This document shows, piece after piece, positions 13,761-27,266 of a stretch of 64,000 nt of DNA (position 1 is the stretch's first letter; each line of letters begins with the position of its first letter). The position numbers and the translations under genes were made by a program. Source of the stretch: Potamilus streckersoni (lineage: Eukaryota); NCBI GenBank assembly GCA_016746295.1, contig JAEAOA010001547.1:855988-919987 (forward strand). Direction: 5' to 3'. The notes beneath the pieces were generated by a model. That model made no database searches, was not told the origin of the DNA, and saw only the letters and a program-made list of their open reading frames with translations.

Positions 13761-16700
13761 TTACAGTAAGTAACAAACAAAAAGAACAAAAACCAATATT
13801 TAAACAAAAAAATTCAACAAATTATTTTTTTTCTAAAGCACTTTTATCCAAAATATTCTTTGCACCAAATAATTTTAATTTCTTGCTTTGCTAAAGAAGC
13901 CTTTGCATCAGAGAAATCATATTATATAGCAAGCTAAAGTAATTCATCATTTTTCAAGGAGTCTAACCTCTCTTTGGCAAGATTCAAAAGAAAGTTACCA
14001 CTTAGAAGACATTCTGAAAACTTGTTTGTTTCACACTGCACTTAAAAAATTCTGAAACAAAGACAAATTAAATTTCAAAAATGTTTTTCTGAAATATTTT
14101 CAATAAATTCACATCCCAGATGAGCTTCCACCCTTCTGTTACAACTACATGATCTTAATCTGTGTAACAGAAAAGAGCAAAAAACAAATTGTTTTGTAAA
14201 ATTAAAAAAATAATTTCTTTCCCTTGAATACAAAGTGAAATTTAAGAAAAACCTAATGTATTGTAAATTAAATCTTAACTTTTCTCTCACTTGTCAAAAT
14301 GTAAAATGTTCTAACTGAATTCCAGAGGTAATCCAATTAAATTCCAATATTGAATGTGTTGACATGCCTGTAGTCTTAAATGTGATTATGTGCCAGAGTA
14401 ATGATGTGCTAACAGTCATTTCATATATCACAATATAATCCAAAAATCTTGTTGGAATTCACTATAATTCCAAACAAATGTTGCAATCCAAGAATATTAC
14501 TGATGAGCACTTAGTATTTCCAGTGAATAATAATCTATAATTCCAGCAAAATAAAAAATCTAAACAACAATATGATTGGTTCTGCTTTAAGATGCTAATG
14601 CAAGAATGAGTAATTCTGTAAGTAAACAACAATATACAAACAGAAGACACAGAACCAGGATTAGGGTCAAAAGTTAATTTCTAGAACATTCTAAGTTGTC
14701 AACAAGACATGGTCTTTTAGGTCTTTTACTAAAATTATAATAAAAGAACAAACATCTGGCATAACAGGGTTTTCCATTGTGAAATTACAATGTCCTGGAC
14801 TCAAATTAAGATAAATGTGTTTACTTCCATTGATAATCAGCCTAATATTTAATTTATTTAATCCTCTAATCTATTTCTCACAGAAAAATATTAGCTATGT
14901 AATATGTTTTTTACAAAATCAACTGACCTATTCAAGTACACAGTAAACTTTATTCTGGACAAGGTAAAGTATACAAAATACTACTATATATTAAACACAA
15001 TCATTAGGAAAAGCCAAAAAATAATACATATTAAATACACATAACACTCCTGTTAAAAATTAAATAGCTTAAATTTGGCTATGCTGCTTCAAATAATTTT
15101 CATCCTGACATTTTAAAGGCAGTGAAAGATAGCATTATAAAATAAGAAAATAGATATTGGCAATATTCTGGTTATAGAATCACAAAAGCACATTACTGAA
15201 ATAAGTAGGCTTATAAAAAGAAAAGAAACTGCCCTGAATGAAAATAATAATTCCAAACCCATTTAGAATATAGACAAAAAAAAAACCAAAGTCCCTCAAG
15301 CTACAATGTAAGACAAAGTACCAAGCATGTCACAAGTTTCAATAAAGTGTCCTCCCACCTTAGATATAACATCTTTCGATTGCATAATACAATGGATTAT
15401 ACCAAAGACAGGAGAAAACATCAAAGAGCATGATAATTCCAGATAAAAACACTCTCATAATTGTTGACTCTTATAAGTGAATAAAAGAGGTATGAAACCT
15501 TAAGTTAAAGTTAAGTGCTTACCTGGGACAGAAACTGATGCCATGGGAAAAACTGACCATTTTCAATATGATGCCTTCATAATGAAAGTTAGTGTCAGTA
15601 TTATAAGTAACAATGTTCATATTTACCAGATTGAAACCAATTTTTATAACAGCCTAAACAAAACACTTTTAGATAATCCTAACTGCTCAGTCTCTATATA
15701 GTGCATGCTCAAGAATTGACAGACATTCCAGAGTTGAATGCTCTAAATGAACATCTATGTCATGAGTATAATTACATAATAATAGACATTAACATGGATT
15801 TGTGACCAAGTAAGGTTTAGTTCTGGAGCACCTAATGTTAAAGGACAAAATCCATCTCAATAGGGCTTTTTCTCCATGTAATAATGAAATGTCCTGCTAC
15901 TAAAAGACAGCTATAGCTTCTCTAAAAGGCATAGAGACATAAATCATAAAAACTGATTGGGACCATGCAGACTGTTCTAATCATCATTGGAAATGCAAAT
16001 GTTTCTACTGTTTTGAATGAGGGCATAATATACAATCATGTTGACACAAACAAAATAGTGTTGTGATTGTCTACAATGTGGACATAACACAAAACACTGA
16101 AAAATGTTTAACTCAAATATGCAGTATCAAAATAATGGCAATGATGATAAGGTCATAAGTTTAAAAAAAAATGAAACACATTTTTCCAGAAACTTCAAAA
16201 CGTGCTATAAAATCTAGGAAATGTAATTCTTCCTATAATGACAGAAAACAACTACAGTCACCCCAATGAATGATAATGCCCATGGAATTACCTCTGGTGC
16301 AATCCCATTAAGTGTCTCCTTTAATCACAGTGACCATAATGTGTTAATTGCTACTGAGATAACTGCTGAATGTGCTAATGTTTTTGCTAATATTTAAAGA
16401 TTTATTACAAACTCATCTGAAAAATAGTGATAGTCCTGATGTAAGACACTTTATATTAGAAAATTTAGAGAACTATCATGGTTCATATATTGATAGTGAA
16501 ACATTAATTTAGATATTCGGTATCATTCATCTCAAAACCATCAAAACTTAGAATTGTCTATAAACCAGTGGCTGAAGAAAAAACGTCTTCAAAATTTGCC
16601 AATTGCCATCAGAACATCCATTTTGGTTTTCCAGGACTAGAAAAACTAAAATTTCTCCTTTCATGAAATAATTCAGCAATTGATATTTTTGCATTCAGCT

Positions 16701-17639
16701 GCTTAACATGAACTTTTTTCATGCTGATGAACTTAAAATTCCTAACTACAATTTTCAAAGAAAAGACAGACTTTTCCAGAAGGACTTCTTGTTTCTATTA
16801 AGGATAGCATTCCTTTCAAACAATGAGATTTTGAGAAAATCTGTATGGAAATAATTTGGAGAGAAATGAAATATAATGTACAAAAACCATTTGTATTAGA
16901 CCATGTATATGAACCACAGAAAACTCACAATGCTTGGTATACTATATCTCAAAATAAGCTTTAAACTTTGTATATAGAAAACAAAGAATCTGTTCAGTGT
17001 GTGACCTCAATTATAATTTGTTTTATGACACGAATCAAAACTGGATTAAAACAATGAATTCTCTGAATTATCCACAGCTAGTTAATTTACCGGCTAGAGT
17101 AACAGTTATCTGAAACACTAATTGATCACATCTATACTAACAATGTTGAGAATATTATAATACACATATCAGTTGCAGTTCCCTAAAATTCTGTAAGTGA
17201 TCATTATCCAATAATATGCTGTACATGAGACTTAAGTCCAAAAAAAGTAAACCTTATCATTACAAATATATCAAATATGGAATGATGAAAAGATTTAAAC
17301 AACAAATATTCCTTAAAAAACTTAACTATATCCCGTGGTCAGTAATTGAATCTTTTGATGACCCATCAGGTGCTCTTGATATCTGAATAGTTAAGTTTAC
17401 TGACACTCTGAACACTCATGCTCATATTACTTACAAGTGAGTCAAGCAACAAAATCGACACAATTGGATTGCAGGTGATATATTGAAAAATGCAGTTAAG
17501 ATAAAGAATAGATTTCATAAATTAATAAATAAAGACATTTACAGATTATAATGAAACAGAGTCATGTCAATTATTCAAAATGCAAGAAACTATTTCACTG
17601 GAATATACAATAGTATTATCAAAACAAATCCTGGAAAAC

Positions 17640-17830
17640 TTTCATTGTGTGTGCACATGTGCATGTGTGTGTGTGTGTGTGTAGGATTTTATTGTATATC
17701 CACACAATCCTGGATCTGTCCTGAGCCTAGATGGACTACATAGTAAAAGATTCCTATCATGTTAGCACAAAAGTGTGTGTGTGCGCAGGATTTAATGGTA
17801 TATCAACACAATCCTGGATCTACAGCGCAG
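17640..17830. repeat. Two copies of a roughly 45-bp palindromic unit (aggattt.at.gtatatc.acacaatcctggatct), each preceded by a (GT)n-rich stretch
   Basis: Units at 17676-17720 and 17775-17820. Each unit is internally inverted-repeated (aggatt...aatcct). Confidence 0.6.
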
Positions 17831-18082
17831 AGTAAATTTAAGTACCTCCAAAAAGATCAAGGTCCAAATTTGTTATCAATCACATACTTTTAGTCCATCT
17901 CAGCTTGAAGATCACCATGGGCAAATTGGCTGCTGCTATTAGTTGCCTCTTACAAAATACTGGAGGGCATATTGGGCCTATTTTACAACCCCAAGTCCAT
18001 ACAGAGCTAACACAAAACTTTGACATTTGATAAAAACATAATATATATCATAATAAATATAAAGTTCACTTGATATGCAAAC

Positions 18083-18224
18083 CTTGTGGAAGTCATCAAA
18101 CTGTACTTGTGCCACAGCACCTCTCACGCATGAGGCAATTGCCTTACAAAAATCACCAACAAAGTCTGGTACATTGAAAATCTTGTCAGCATCTTCCTTC
18201 CTTGTTTTGTCAACCTCAAAATGC
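18083..18224 (-). CDS. MVP: Major vault protein exon
   Basis: [47 protein letters not shown] matches human [48 protein letters not shown]. Acceptor gatttcAG|GCATTT, donor AAG|GTTTGC. Confidence 0.85.
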
Positions 18225-19323
18225 CTGAAATCATGTATCAAGCATTTCATTTACAACTGTCATTTACAGAAAATGACCATGTGCAAAACCATAAATCAAG
18301 GATATCTATGTATCTGAGTAGATATACCGACAAGTGTAAACACTATATATATAAGGAAGCTAAGAGTGACACTAAATGTTTAAACTACACAAGTAAAATA
18401 TTTCCTTAAAGAAAAGTAGATTTTATTTTTATTATATATTTTAAAAGCAAAAACCTTTAATTTCCATGCATTTGTTTCTCCAATCTGTGTTAATTAAAAG
18501 GATCATGGATGGCTGCATTATTACATAAATAGAAAGTAATATAAAATTTCACAATAATTTTGAGACAACAATTTTTAGAAATTTAGATTGTGGTAGATTA
18601 AATGCTTCAAGTTGAATAATTTTTTTTCAGATAAATAAATGGTTTTATGAAAAAAAAAAAGATTTTTATTTTTTTTACTCACATTTCTTGCATAGATTTA
18701 TACAGAGAACATTGCTGGGGCAGGGGTTCTAATAGCAACATGAGAAAATGCTCCAACAGGCTTCAGGGAATAATTTCATTAAATAGATTTTAAGGATTTT
18801 GGTTGCTGTTTTTATTATTTCTGCATTCATATGTAAATTCTGTGTGTTGGCAGGCTTTCAGTCTATATCAGTAACAGATGCTGCACCCAAATTTTGACTA
18901 TCACTTAATTTCTGTTTGCAATAAAAACTAATTAATGCCTGATCTATCCATCATTTTCAGCCATAGTGTGAATGGGATGATGGTTAGAATCACTATTTAA
19001 ACAATGTTATTACTATATATCATCAAGAGTTTTTCTTAAAAATGTATTCCATTTGTTGTTGAGTGTTAAGTTTTGTAACCAGTATAATTATGATGATTTA
19101 TGGATGACACAATTTGAATAACAACAGGTCATGTAAATTCAGTCACAGACAATTCACATGATTCATTTGTAAAACTAATTATAAGAAAGTTAATATCTGA
19201 AGTCAACTTTCAGCTCTTGGTGGTTGTGTTTACTTTTTCATTGTTTATGTATATGCATATAGAGGGTCAAAAGTAGTGACACTTTTTAAGATCCTTTCAT
19301 CCTGACTGGAAGAGAGAATGAGT

Positions 19324-19328
<5 letters not shown>

Positions 19329-19394
<66 letters not shown>
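19329..19394. repeat. (GA)n microsatellite, about 33 perfect units
   Basis: Uninterrupted agagag... run. The minus ORF 19245-19460 is its (SL)n translation. Confidence 0.95.
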
Positions 19395-19398
<4 letters not shown>

Positions 19399-19799
19399 AA
19401 ATGAAGACAAAAAAATAAAATAGGTCTAAATATGGAAATGCAGTTCTGCATAACATACATTATTCAGACATATTTACTAAACTTAAAGTATAAGAACCAA
19501 AAGATAATATCACTACTGTGTCAACAATATTTTTCTCCCAGTGATATATTTCAATATCTCATTATGAAAAATGTAATAAAACAGTAATATATAATTCCTT
19601 TTACTAATAATGATTCATATCTTTGAAATTTACAGTTTATCAAGAGTTTTATATATTTACCACCTTGATCTGGAAAGCAAAGCATGATGACTTCTAAAAC
19701 TGACAATGATGATTATTTAAAAAACTAGCTATTGCCCATCCTATGATGGGAATGGTATAGTAAAATTACAAGATAAAAAAATGAAAATGCAAAATTATT

Positions 19800-21640
19800 C
19801 CTAGTTGGTTTCATTTATACACCACCTTTCTCCAAGGCAATTTGGAATAACTTTTTGAAACAAATGGAAAATGTTCTTGCACAGGAGAAAGAAACATATA
19901 TACTCAGTGATATAAATAAGGACATTCTCGATACTCAAATAAGGAAGACCTGGATGGAATTTATTGAATCATTAGGCCTAGTCCAGTTGGTAAATGGTCC
20001 CACAAAATTAAAAGAACCAGTGATTGAAAACAACTTTAATGAACTGAAAAAGTTCTGCAGCAGCAAAATCTCAGTGAACTTGATACTAAGAAAGCTACAG
20101 AACTTGATCAGATTGGTCTACAACTCATTAAATCTTCTGCCTCTGCTATTGTAGATAGTATAACATTCATAATCAATTTAAGTATTGCAACGTCATCTGT
20201 CCCCAAAATCTGGAAAACTGCAAAAGTAACTCCGATTCACAAATCTGGTCCTAAGGATGATGCTGATAACTACCAGCCAAGCTCAATACTACCAAATTTG
20301 TCAAAATTCATTGAAAAGCATGTCCATGACTCATTCATATAATATTTAACCAAACACTTCTGTTATACCCCAATCAATCAGGCTGCCTTGATCTCCCTAA
20401 CTGATAAATGGCTTCAAGCACTTGACCAAGGTAGAATAATAGGATCTGTATTTGTAGATTTCAGGAAAGCTTTTGACATAATGGATCATGAAATTCTTTT
20501 GAAGAAACTGAAAATCTACCAATGTGATGAAAGCACAGTTAGATGGATTACTTCATATTTAAGTGAGAGAACACAACATGTTTATATAAATAATGTTCTG
20601 TCTGAACCTGGAACAATTAGATGTAGAGTACCACGAGGCTCAATTCTGGGTCCATTGCTGTTTATTTTATTTATTAATGACCTACAAATTGTACTAAGAG
20701 ACTCAATATCATTGACAGATCTCTATGCAGATGACAACATTGTCAGACATCCAAAACTCAAAGCATGAACTCGAAATTTCTCTACATAATGCCCTAAACA
20801 AACTGGATAACTGGTGTACATGCAATGGCATGGTGGTTAATACTTGTAAAACAAAAATATTACTTATCTCAACACGAAAAAAAAGAACAAAACTTGATAG
20901 TGATGAACTGTCTGACATGGAAGGATAAAAAGTTGCAAGTTTTACAATAGTCTACTTGGTGTTTTGATAAATAATAACCTATCATGGACTGAACATATCA
21001 AACATATCAGCAAATCAGTCAATTAAAGTAGACTGGCTTATCAGTAGGATAAGACATTTTCTCCCAGAAAGGCACAGAAAACTATTTTATAACTGTTACA
21101 TACAACCCTATTTAGACTACTGTAATACATTATGGGGTAATTCAAATGATAAAAACTTAGCAAAGCTGGTACATCTCCAAAACATAGCTTTTGAGTTAAT
21201 ATCAATCCAGAAAGAAAGCAAGGAAAATTTAGCTAGTAAGTTAAAAATATTACTTATTAAAGATCGAACCTGTTCAAGAAAAGCTAGATTAATGTACAGG
21301 ATATCAAATAATTTACAATCACTAATCAAGTATAAGCTACCTGGAAAAACTCACCACCTGTGATCAATATCTACCAAACATTACACAATTTCCAAACCAA
21401 ATAAGGAATTATTTAAAAAAAGTTTCCAAAAGTCTGGAACTTTGTTATATTTGAAGATTAGAAATACCCACTCTATTTCCTTTTTCCAAACCCAGTATAT
21501 CCAGTGGCTTCAGAGATGCAGCAAAAATAAGTAAATTCCTTTGAATGAGGGCCTCAATGTAGATTAGTTCTTAGCTAATTGAGTTACCCTTTTTAAATAA
21601 AGTCATAATAATATTAACATTACTCTGCTTGCATTTCAAG
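19800..21640 (+). mobile_element. Non-LTR retrotransposon (LINE family A) fragment: APE-endonuclease C-terminus, reverse transcriptase, CR1/L2-like ORF2 C-terminus and 3'UTR; degenerate (frameshifts and stops)
   Basis: Translations contain ...YILSDINKDILD...GLVQLVNGPTKL (endonuclease end), PKIWKTAKVTPIHKSGPKDDADNYQPSSILP, FVDFRKAFDIMDHEILLKKL, VPRGSILGPLLFILFINDL and LYADDN (canonical RT motifs), then the ...LPGKTHHL ORF2 tail. The reading frame breaks several times. Confidence 0.8.
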
Positions 21641-22081
21641 AGCAGGTGAAAACTGATGGCCCCATGATTAGTAAAAAGAGAAAATGTACCATACATGTCC
21701 AGTAAAAAGTTTTAGTGTAGGCTGGAGGATGACTTGTGGACACAATCCAGCCTAATTGATATTCTTACTCTGCTGCAAAATCAAATAATGGTAGAACAGA
21801 AAAAGTGAAGTGAAACCACCACAACATGACTATCATGATACCATCCAGAGAGGAAAGAACAGAGATGCAGCAATAGACCTAAACTTATGGTCTCTGATTC
21901 CTAAAAAGGAATCATCCAGAGAGAACATTCATCTAGGATTATGGATTTGAATCAAAAAATGATACAGCAAAGCACTAATAGTATGTGACATATCACAGCT
22001 ATTAAATACTGCATTTTCATCAAAAAAATTTACTTTCCCTACTCAAAAACACAGTCATAAATGAAAATATTGTAAACTTAC

Positions 22082-22279
22082 CAATTATAAGATAGCTGTA
22101 GAGAGAGCCGGGCATGGTCAGCAGTTTCTACAACAACAATATCAGTGCAGAAGTCAGGACCCAGGAGTAAGCAAAGGGATTTGATTTGGTTTGGTTTTTT
22201 AGGTTTTCCTCCAGACAGACTGAGTTGTGTGAACTGTTCATCTGGTCCCAACATGACCAACTCTGGACCAAATACAACT
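22082..22279 (-). CDS. MVP: Major vault protein exon
   Basis: (R)[66 protein letters not shown] matches human [67 protein letters not shown]. Acceptor tttattcAG|AGTTGT, donor TG|GTAAGT. Split codons agree with both neighbouring exons. Confidence 0.85.
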
Positions 22280-24184
22280 CTGAATAAAACAAAGACCATA
22301 TATAAATCAATTGCAAACCATAAATTGCTTCAAAAAGTTACAATATGCATCAATACCATATAAAAAGAGAATCATAATTTGAATGTCAATTTTATTTTTA
22401 TGATCATTAGAAATTAGGAAGATTAGAGTCTTGGGATATGATTTTATTAAAATTTTAATTTTGAGAGGTTAGTTAAAAGTTAGAAAAGCAAATAAAGAAT
22501 AATGATAATAACAAAACAAAATTAAGTTTTTTTCCATTACTATGCAAAACACTCACTGGAACAAGCTGCAAAATGTTCTTCATTTATGTACCTAATATGA
22601 ATTGAAATAGTAATGATATTATTTTCCTGTTCTTAACCCTTTGTTTCATATAAGTACTTTTAGATGCCTCTATCTACTCTTATGGAAGCATTATTGTAAG
22701 CCTCCATCAAAAATTCACATACAAATGTATTTGCTGCCCATGCACCATTCACCATGTTTGGATGGCCTAGAGTAAACATCAGCCATTTTATACTGGTTTT
22801 GAAGTGTCACCTTTGGGAGAAAACCCATTATACAAAACTATAAGCACTGAGGTAAATGACAATTACATCACATGTTTGCTGGTTAAGATCTAGTTTTAGT
22901 CTATCAGTAATTAAATTAACTGGGTCAGATACTCCACTTTCCAAATGGAGCACAGATTTCATTCAGCACTTTCTTCAGTTTTGATGTTCAACTCCTCATA
23001 TTCAATGTATCCATTTTACACAATTGGCATAGAAAAAATATATGCAAACATAAATGCTTGTGTGTGCATATGGAATATATTCTCAATTATACTCCAATCT
23101 CTTCTTTTCTTAGTCAGTCACTTCATATCATAAACTCTAGCTTCTAATAGTATTTCTAATAGGTCTTATGTTTCTTTTGAAAGACCATTTGGAAACTCTA
23201 GTCAATTTCTTATACAAATTAGTTTTATCTTAAAAGGAGTCAGGTCTTGATAAAACAATATGGGATTCTTTTTTCCAATTCTTTCTATATTTGTTAATTA
23301 TGTTTTTTTTATAGATTATCTAAAGTGTTCATGATGTGTGAAAATTTATTTCCCCTACATTCAAGGTTATCATATTGCAGTGGTTATTATTTTCTGTGTT
23401 CACATATCTCTCTTTTATGTGGATTTTTTATTCACTATCATTACTTTTCAGGTTTTCTTTCTCTATTCATAGAATTTCCTGCTCCTTTCTTTCTGCTCTT
23501 TCTTTCTTCAATTTACCATTTTCTACTTGTCCTTGTGACTTTCCTTTTTCTTTCCTTTAATCGATTTTAATTCTTGAATCTCCTTTTGCTGTATTTTCCT
23601 TCTCGCCATTTCTCATATTTGACCTTTTCTAGTGACTTCTCTTTTTCCTTTCTCTTTATTTTAATTCTTTCCCATTCATTACTGCTTTGTCCTTATCCAA
23701 TTTTTGAGTTTTACCTTTCCTGGCAATTTCTCTAATCCTTTAACTTTTTCCTTGTTTAATGTTAATTTTTGTTCTATTAATTTGCCATTCTCTTTCTCCA
23801 CTCATTTTCTACCCTTAATAGTGATGCATACTTTCTTTTTCTTTATTTTATATTAAATCTTGTCCATTTCTGCTTCTTTTGTCCTTTTCCTAGTTTTCAA
23901 TCTCTTTCTTTCCTAGTGGTTTCTTTGTTCCTTCCTTTTATCTTTTCTTGTTAAATTTTGTTCTATTAAGTATCAATTTTCCTTCAAGGTCACATTTTGC
24001 ACCATCCCCATGATTTTTCTTTCTCATCTTTTTCTTTTCCCATTTTGTTTTGGATTGTATAGGTTACATTCCTGAATGGGGCCTCCAGGTATATATTGGG
24101 TTTTTCCAATTCTTTAAAAAGGATATTTGTGGAGGAGTAGGGTAACATTTGAGTCTCTTGTTGCTGCTGCTGCTTCTTTTCGCT

Positions 24185-24657
24185 TCAATGCGACAATCAA
24201 ACGTGGCAGAGGCGATATAGGTCACTTAGGCGTGTGGATAGATCTCACCTTGGAGATCATTTTGGTTCATTTTATAGAATCTTATATATTATGGACACCA
24301 TGAAAGAAAGACTTGTGTTGCTACTGTGATTATTCACTAGTACATCTAGGGTCAATTAAACAAGTTTTGAGAACATTCTAAGTTTTCTAAGAGGTAATAA
24401 AATAATTACTTGTATTTTACCTGTTGTGTTACCTGTTTGTACCTGCATTTTAACAGTTGTAATAGATATGCACATTTTATTGAATTAGTCATAAAATTTT
24501 ATTTTTAACCTTGATTTTGACACCTAATCCAGCCAGATATCTTTAACATTGGCAAAGTTATGTTGTTTCAAAGTCCACAAGTCATTTTGCATTACAACTC
24601 CAAAGTTACTTAGTGTTGAGGACTCTATGCCTACAAAGTTACTTAGTGATGAAAGGG
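24185..24657 (+). mobile_element. 5'-truncated copy of the piggyBac-like non-autonomous element (right-hand ~470 bp) ending at TTAA
   Basis: ...gacaatcaaacgtggcagaggcgata...ctcaccttggagatcattttggttcattttatagaat...cttagtgatgaaagggTTAA is collinear with the 3' half of copies 1 and 2. TTAA at 24658-24661. Confidence 0.65.
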
Positions 24658-25984
24658 TTAAAATAAAATCTTATTATGGGAAATAAAATGTAAAAACAAA
24701 ATCTCATGCCAAGATACATTTTATTAGTATGCATCAGAGACACTTTGAGTCATGCAGCACAAAGGCTATATATACTACATGATTGGTTAATTCCAACAAA
24801 GCATTTCTCCTTAGTAAAAATTATTTATCCATGAGATTGTAATAATTTATTGTTATTTTGCAAAATATTATATTAAAAATAATTATTATTCAAATTATTA
24901 TCGACTTGGAAATTGTTATATTGCCATTTTATATTTTTTCAGTTTAAATTATGAATCATTCTCTAAAATGTATAACTTTAGTTTTTTTTAATACCTTGTT
25001 TTACTGAAATTATATCATCTTACATTTAAAAATTATTGTTCAATTTGCAATTTTTTTTCAGCAAAAGGGAAGAACAAAACACCAAACCTGTTCTCTACAT
25101 AGTTCTAATCATATGCATGATTTTGATAAAGACCCAGTGACTGATATCTAGGCAAAATGGATGAATTTGAAATTGGTAAACCTTGTTATGGTAAATAAAA
25201 CAGAAACTTTCATTGCACCAGGTAGATAGTAACATGAAAATATGCTTCAGTCGAATTGAGATTAATAGCATACTTATCCCCTCTAATGGCAAGTCACATT
25301 AATCTCGCTCCCTCCATCTTGAATTTAAAGAAGAATGTATTGAATGAGATGCCTCAGGTTGATCAGCTTATTTTTTATAGAGAAAAACCTTGAATAAAAC
25401 CCCAGATGGGTTAGGGGGAGGGACAATCTCCACTGCCCATTTGTCAATGAGCGACGGTATATCCCATTGTACAACATCGTCATTCTCCTGATCTGATGGT
25501 ATGTCCATTAGAATGGGAGAGGAAGAAATTAAATCCAAAGCCCCTTGGATCACCAATTGGTTTTGAAGAAATAAGTTGATCCAACAAAACTGGATTTGCA
25601 GGAATTGGGCACCCACTGGTAGGGTGTCAACAGGTTGTGGGGTTGTAAGTCAGCATCAAAAGTTGTGGTATGGAGGAGGAGACCTAAACTAATTTGGTTG
25701 ATGCATCCTGGAATTAAGCTGAGATCAAAACTGAATATGTGATGTGTATCATCCCTCTGGCAATAATGAGGAGTGGACTGGTCTCAAAAGACTGTAAGTT
25801 ATAGAGCTGGTTAGAGGGATAGTTTCTGAGCTGCCTGACTCCAAACTTTTGCCCTGTTAATGACCCAAGCAGTTAAAAAATTGTTACAACACCACTAGTT
25901 ACAATGTGTTTATAATAATAGGCAGTGTGTGATAAAAATATGAATCACAACGTGCATCAACAAGTGTGTTGTGTGACTGTGAGA

Positions 25985-26262
25985 TCTGGATTTTTAATGT
26001 AGCTTTAACAATTTTTCAGTCATATTGCTACAATGTCTGCAGTAAGGCAGTTTATAGTGATTTCCCAAACATTCACATTATCTTGACACCAGGCTGACCA
26101 GTCCTAACACTAACCTCTTAATAGTAAGCGCCAAGCAAGGCAGTTGCTAGTACCATTTTAATAAATTGTTAATATGACTCAGCCAGGGTTTAATCCCTCA
26201 ACCTCACACACCTGAGGCAGACACTCTAACCACTAGGTCACCAGAGCTGTAACAAGTGTGTT
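25985..26262 (-). mobile_element. tRNA-derived SINE, family 2, copy 1
   Basis: Minus-strand reading starts CACTTGTTACAGCTCTGGTGACCTAGTGGTTAGAGTGTCTGCCTCAGGTGTGTGAGGTTGAGGGATTAAACCCTGGCTGAGTC (tRNA-like A and B boxes). The body aligns with 32308-32612 and 46135-46450. Confidence 0.7.
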
Positions 26263-26877
26263 CTAACAAGAGGTATATTATAGATTTCTTTAGAATAAAT
26301 ATGAGGTCTATTTATTGAAAGTGAAACTACTTCCTTCAGTCCTAAATTCTTTTCTAAATAAATCTATAACATACTTATAATTTGTAAATATTGAATATTG
26401 AGTATTATAAAGTAGGCCAATAGTATGTTCTGCTAAGAGCTTTCCCTACATCACAAAACATCTTAAGTTGATTATGTTTTTTTGGTGATTTTAGTGTATT
26501 ACTATAAACATTTTTTCCCACTTTTTTTTCACCAGGCAATTGCATTATTCCATGCTTTTCTGAAAACCAAAGTTAATATAGATGTTCTATTTATAAACTA
26601 AGATATATATATTTCATTGAAACAACTATGAACACATTGCAATGCCTTAATATCAACATTAATATCAATGAATCTGATGATTTTGGATAATATGTTTCCT
26701 TATTAACAGGATGGAACCCATACGGTCATAATGAAGAAAATCTCCCAAGGTATTTATATCAATATAAATTTTATAATCATCTGCTAGGAAGAGAACACTC
26801 AATAGAAATGGTCAATTACTTCATTCTTTTACAGTACATAAAAAAAAATAAAAACAAGTAATGAAAGCTTTTCATAC

Positions 26878-27266
26878 CTTGCTTTTTTCTCTTTGTAGTC
26901 ATAAATCTGCACTGCAGCATTATGAGGCACACGGAAAGTGACAACCTTTGTCTTGTCACGGGACTTGGCAGTAACCTCACCTTTTCCATGATCTGATCGA
27001 TCAGCCAAAGGGTCTTTGACCTGACTCAAAAGGTTTTCAACTGATGCTGATAGCTCCTTCTCCCACAATTCTTCATCTTGGTTAAGCATATAGGTCTCAC
27101 CAGTGACACCCCTTACTTTACCAGTCTTAATGTCACGGACATAAATGCCCTCATTCTCATCCAAGGGGATTGCTTTCCTATTCATCACAACTTCTACCTC
27201 AACTGGTGGGACATATTCTTTTGGCCCACGAATCATCCATCGATCTCCTGGGTTACGTTCCTGACC
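26878..27266 (-). CDS. MVP: Major vault protein exon (large; repeat-domain region)
   Basis: [72 protein letters not shown]...DPLADR...[27 protein letters not shown](R) matches human [67 protein letters not shown]...DPLADR...[28 protein letters not shown]. Acceptor ttttgcAG|GGTCAG, donor AAG|GTATGA. Confidence 0.9.

Noticed and set aside
20388-20768. 126-aa ORF that could be mistaken for a host gene
   Set aside because: It carries the FxDxxxAFD / PRGSILGPLLF / YADD motifs and flanking stop-interrupted RT sequence, so it is a piece of a dead LINE ORF2. The 19855-20154, 39079-39444 and 45010-45696 ORFs likewise belong to LINE copies.
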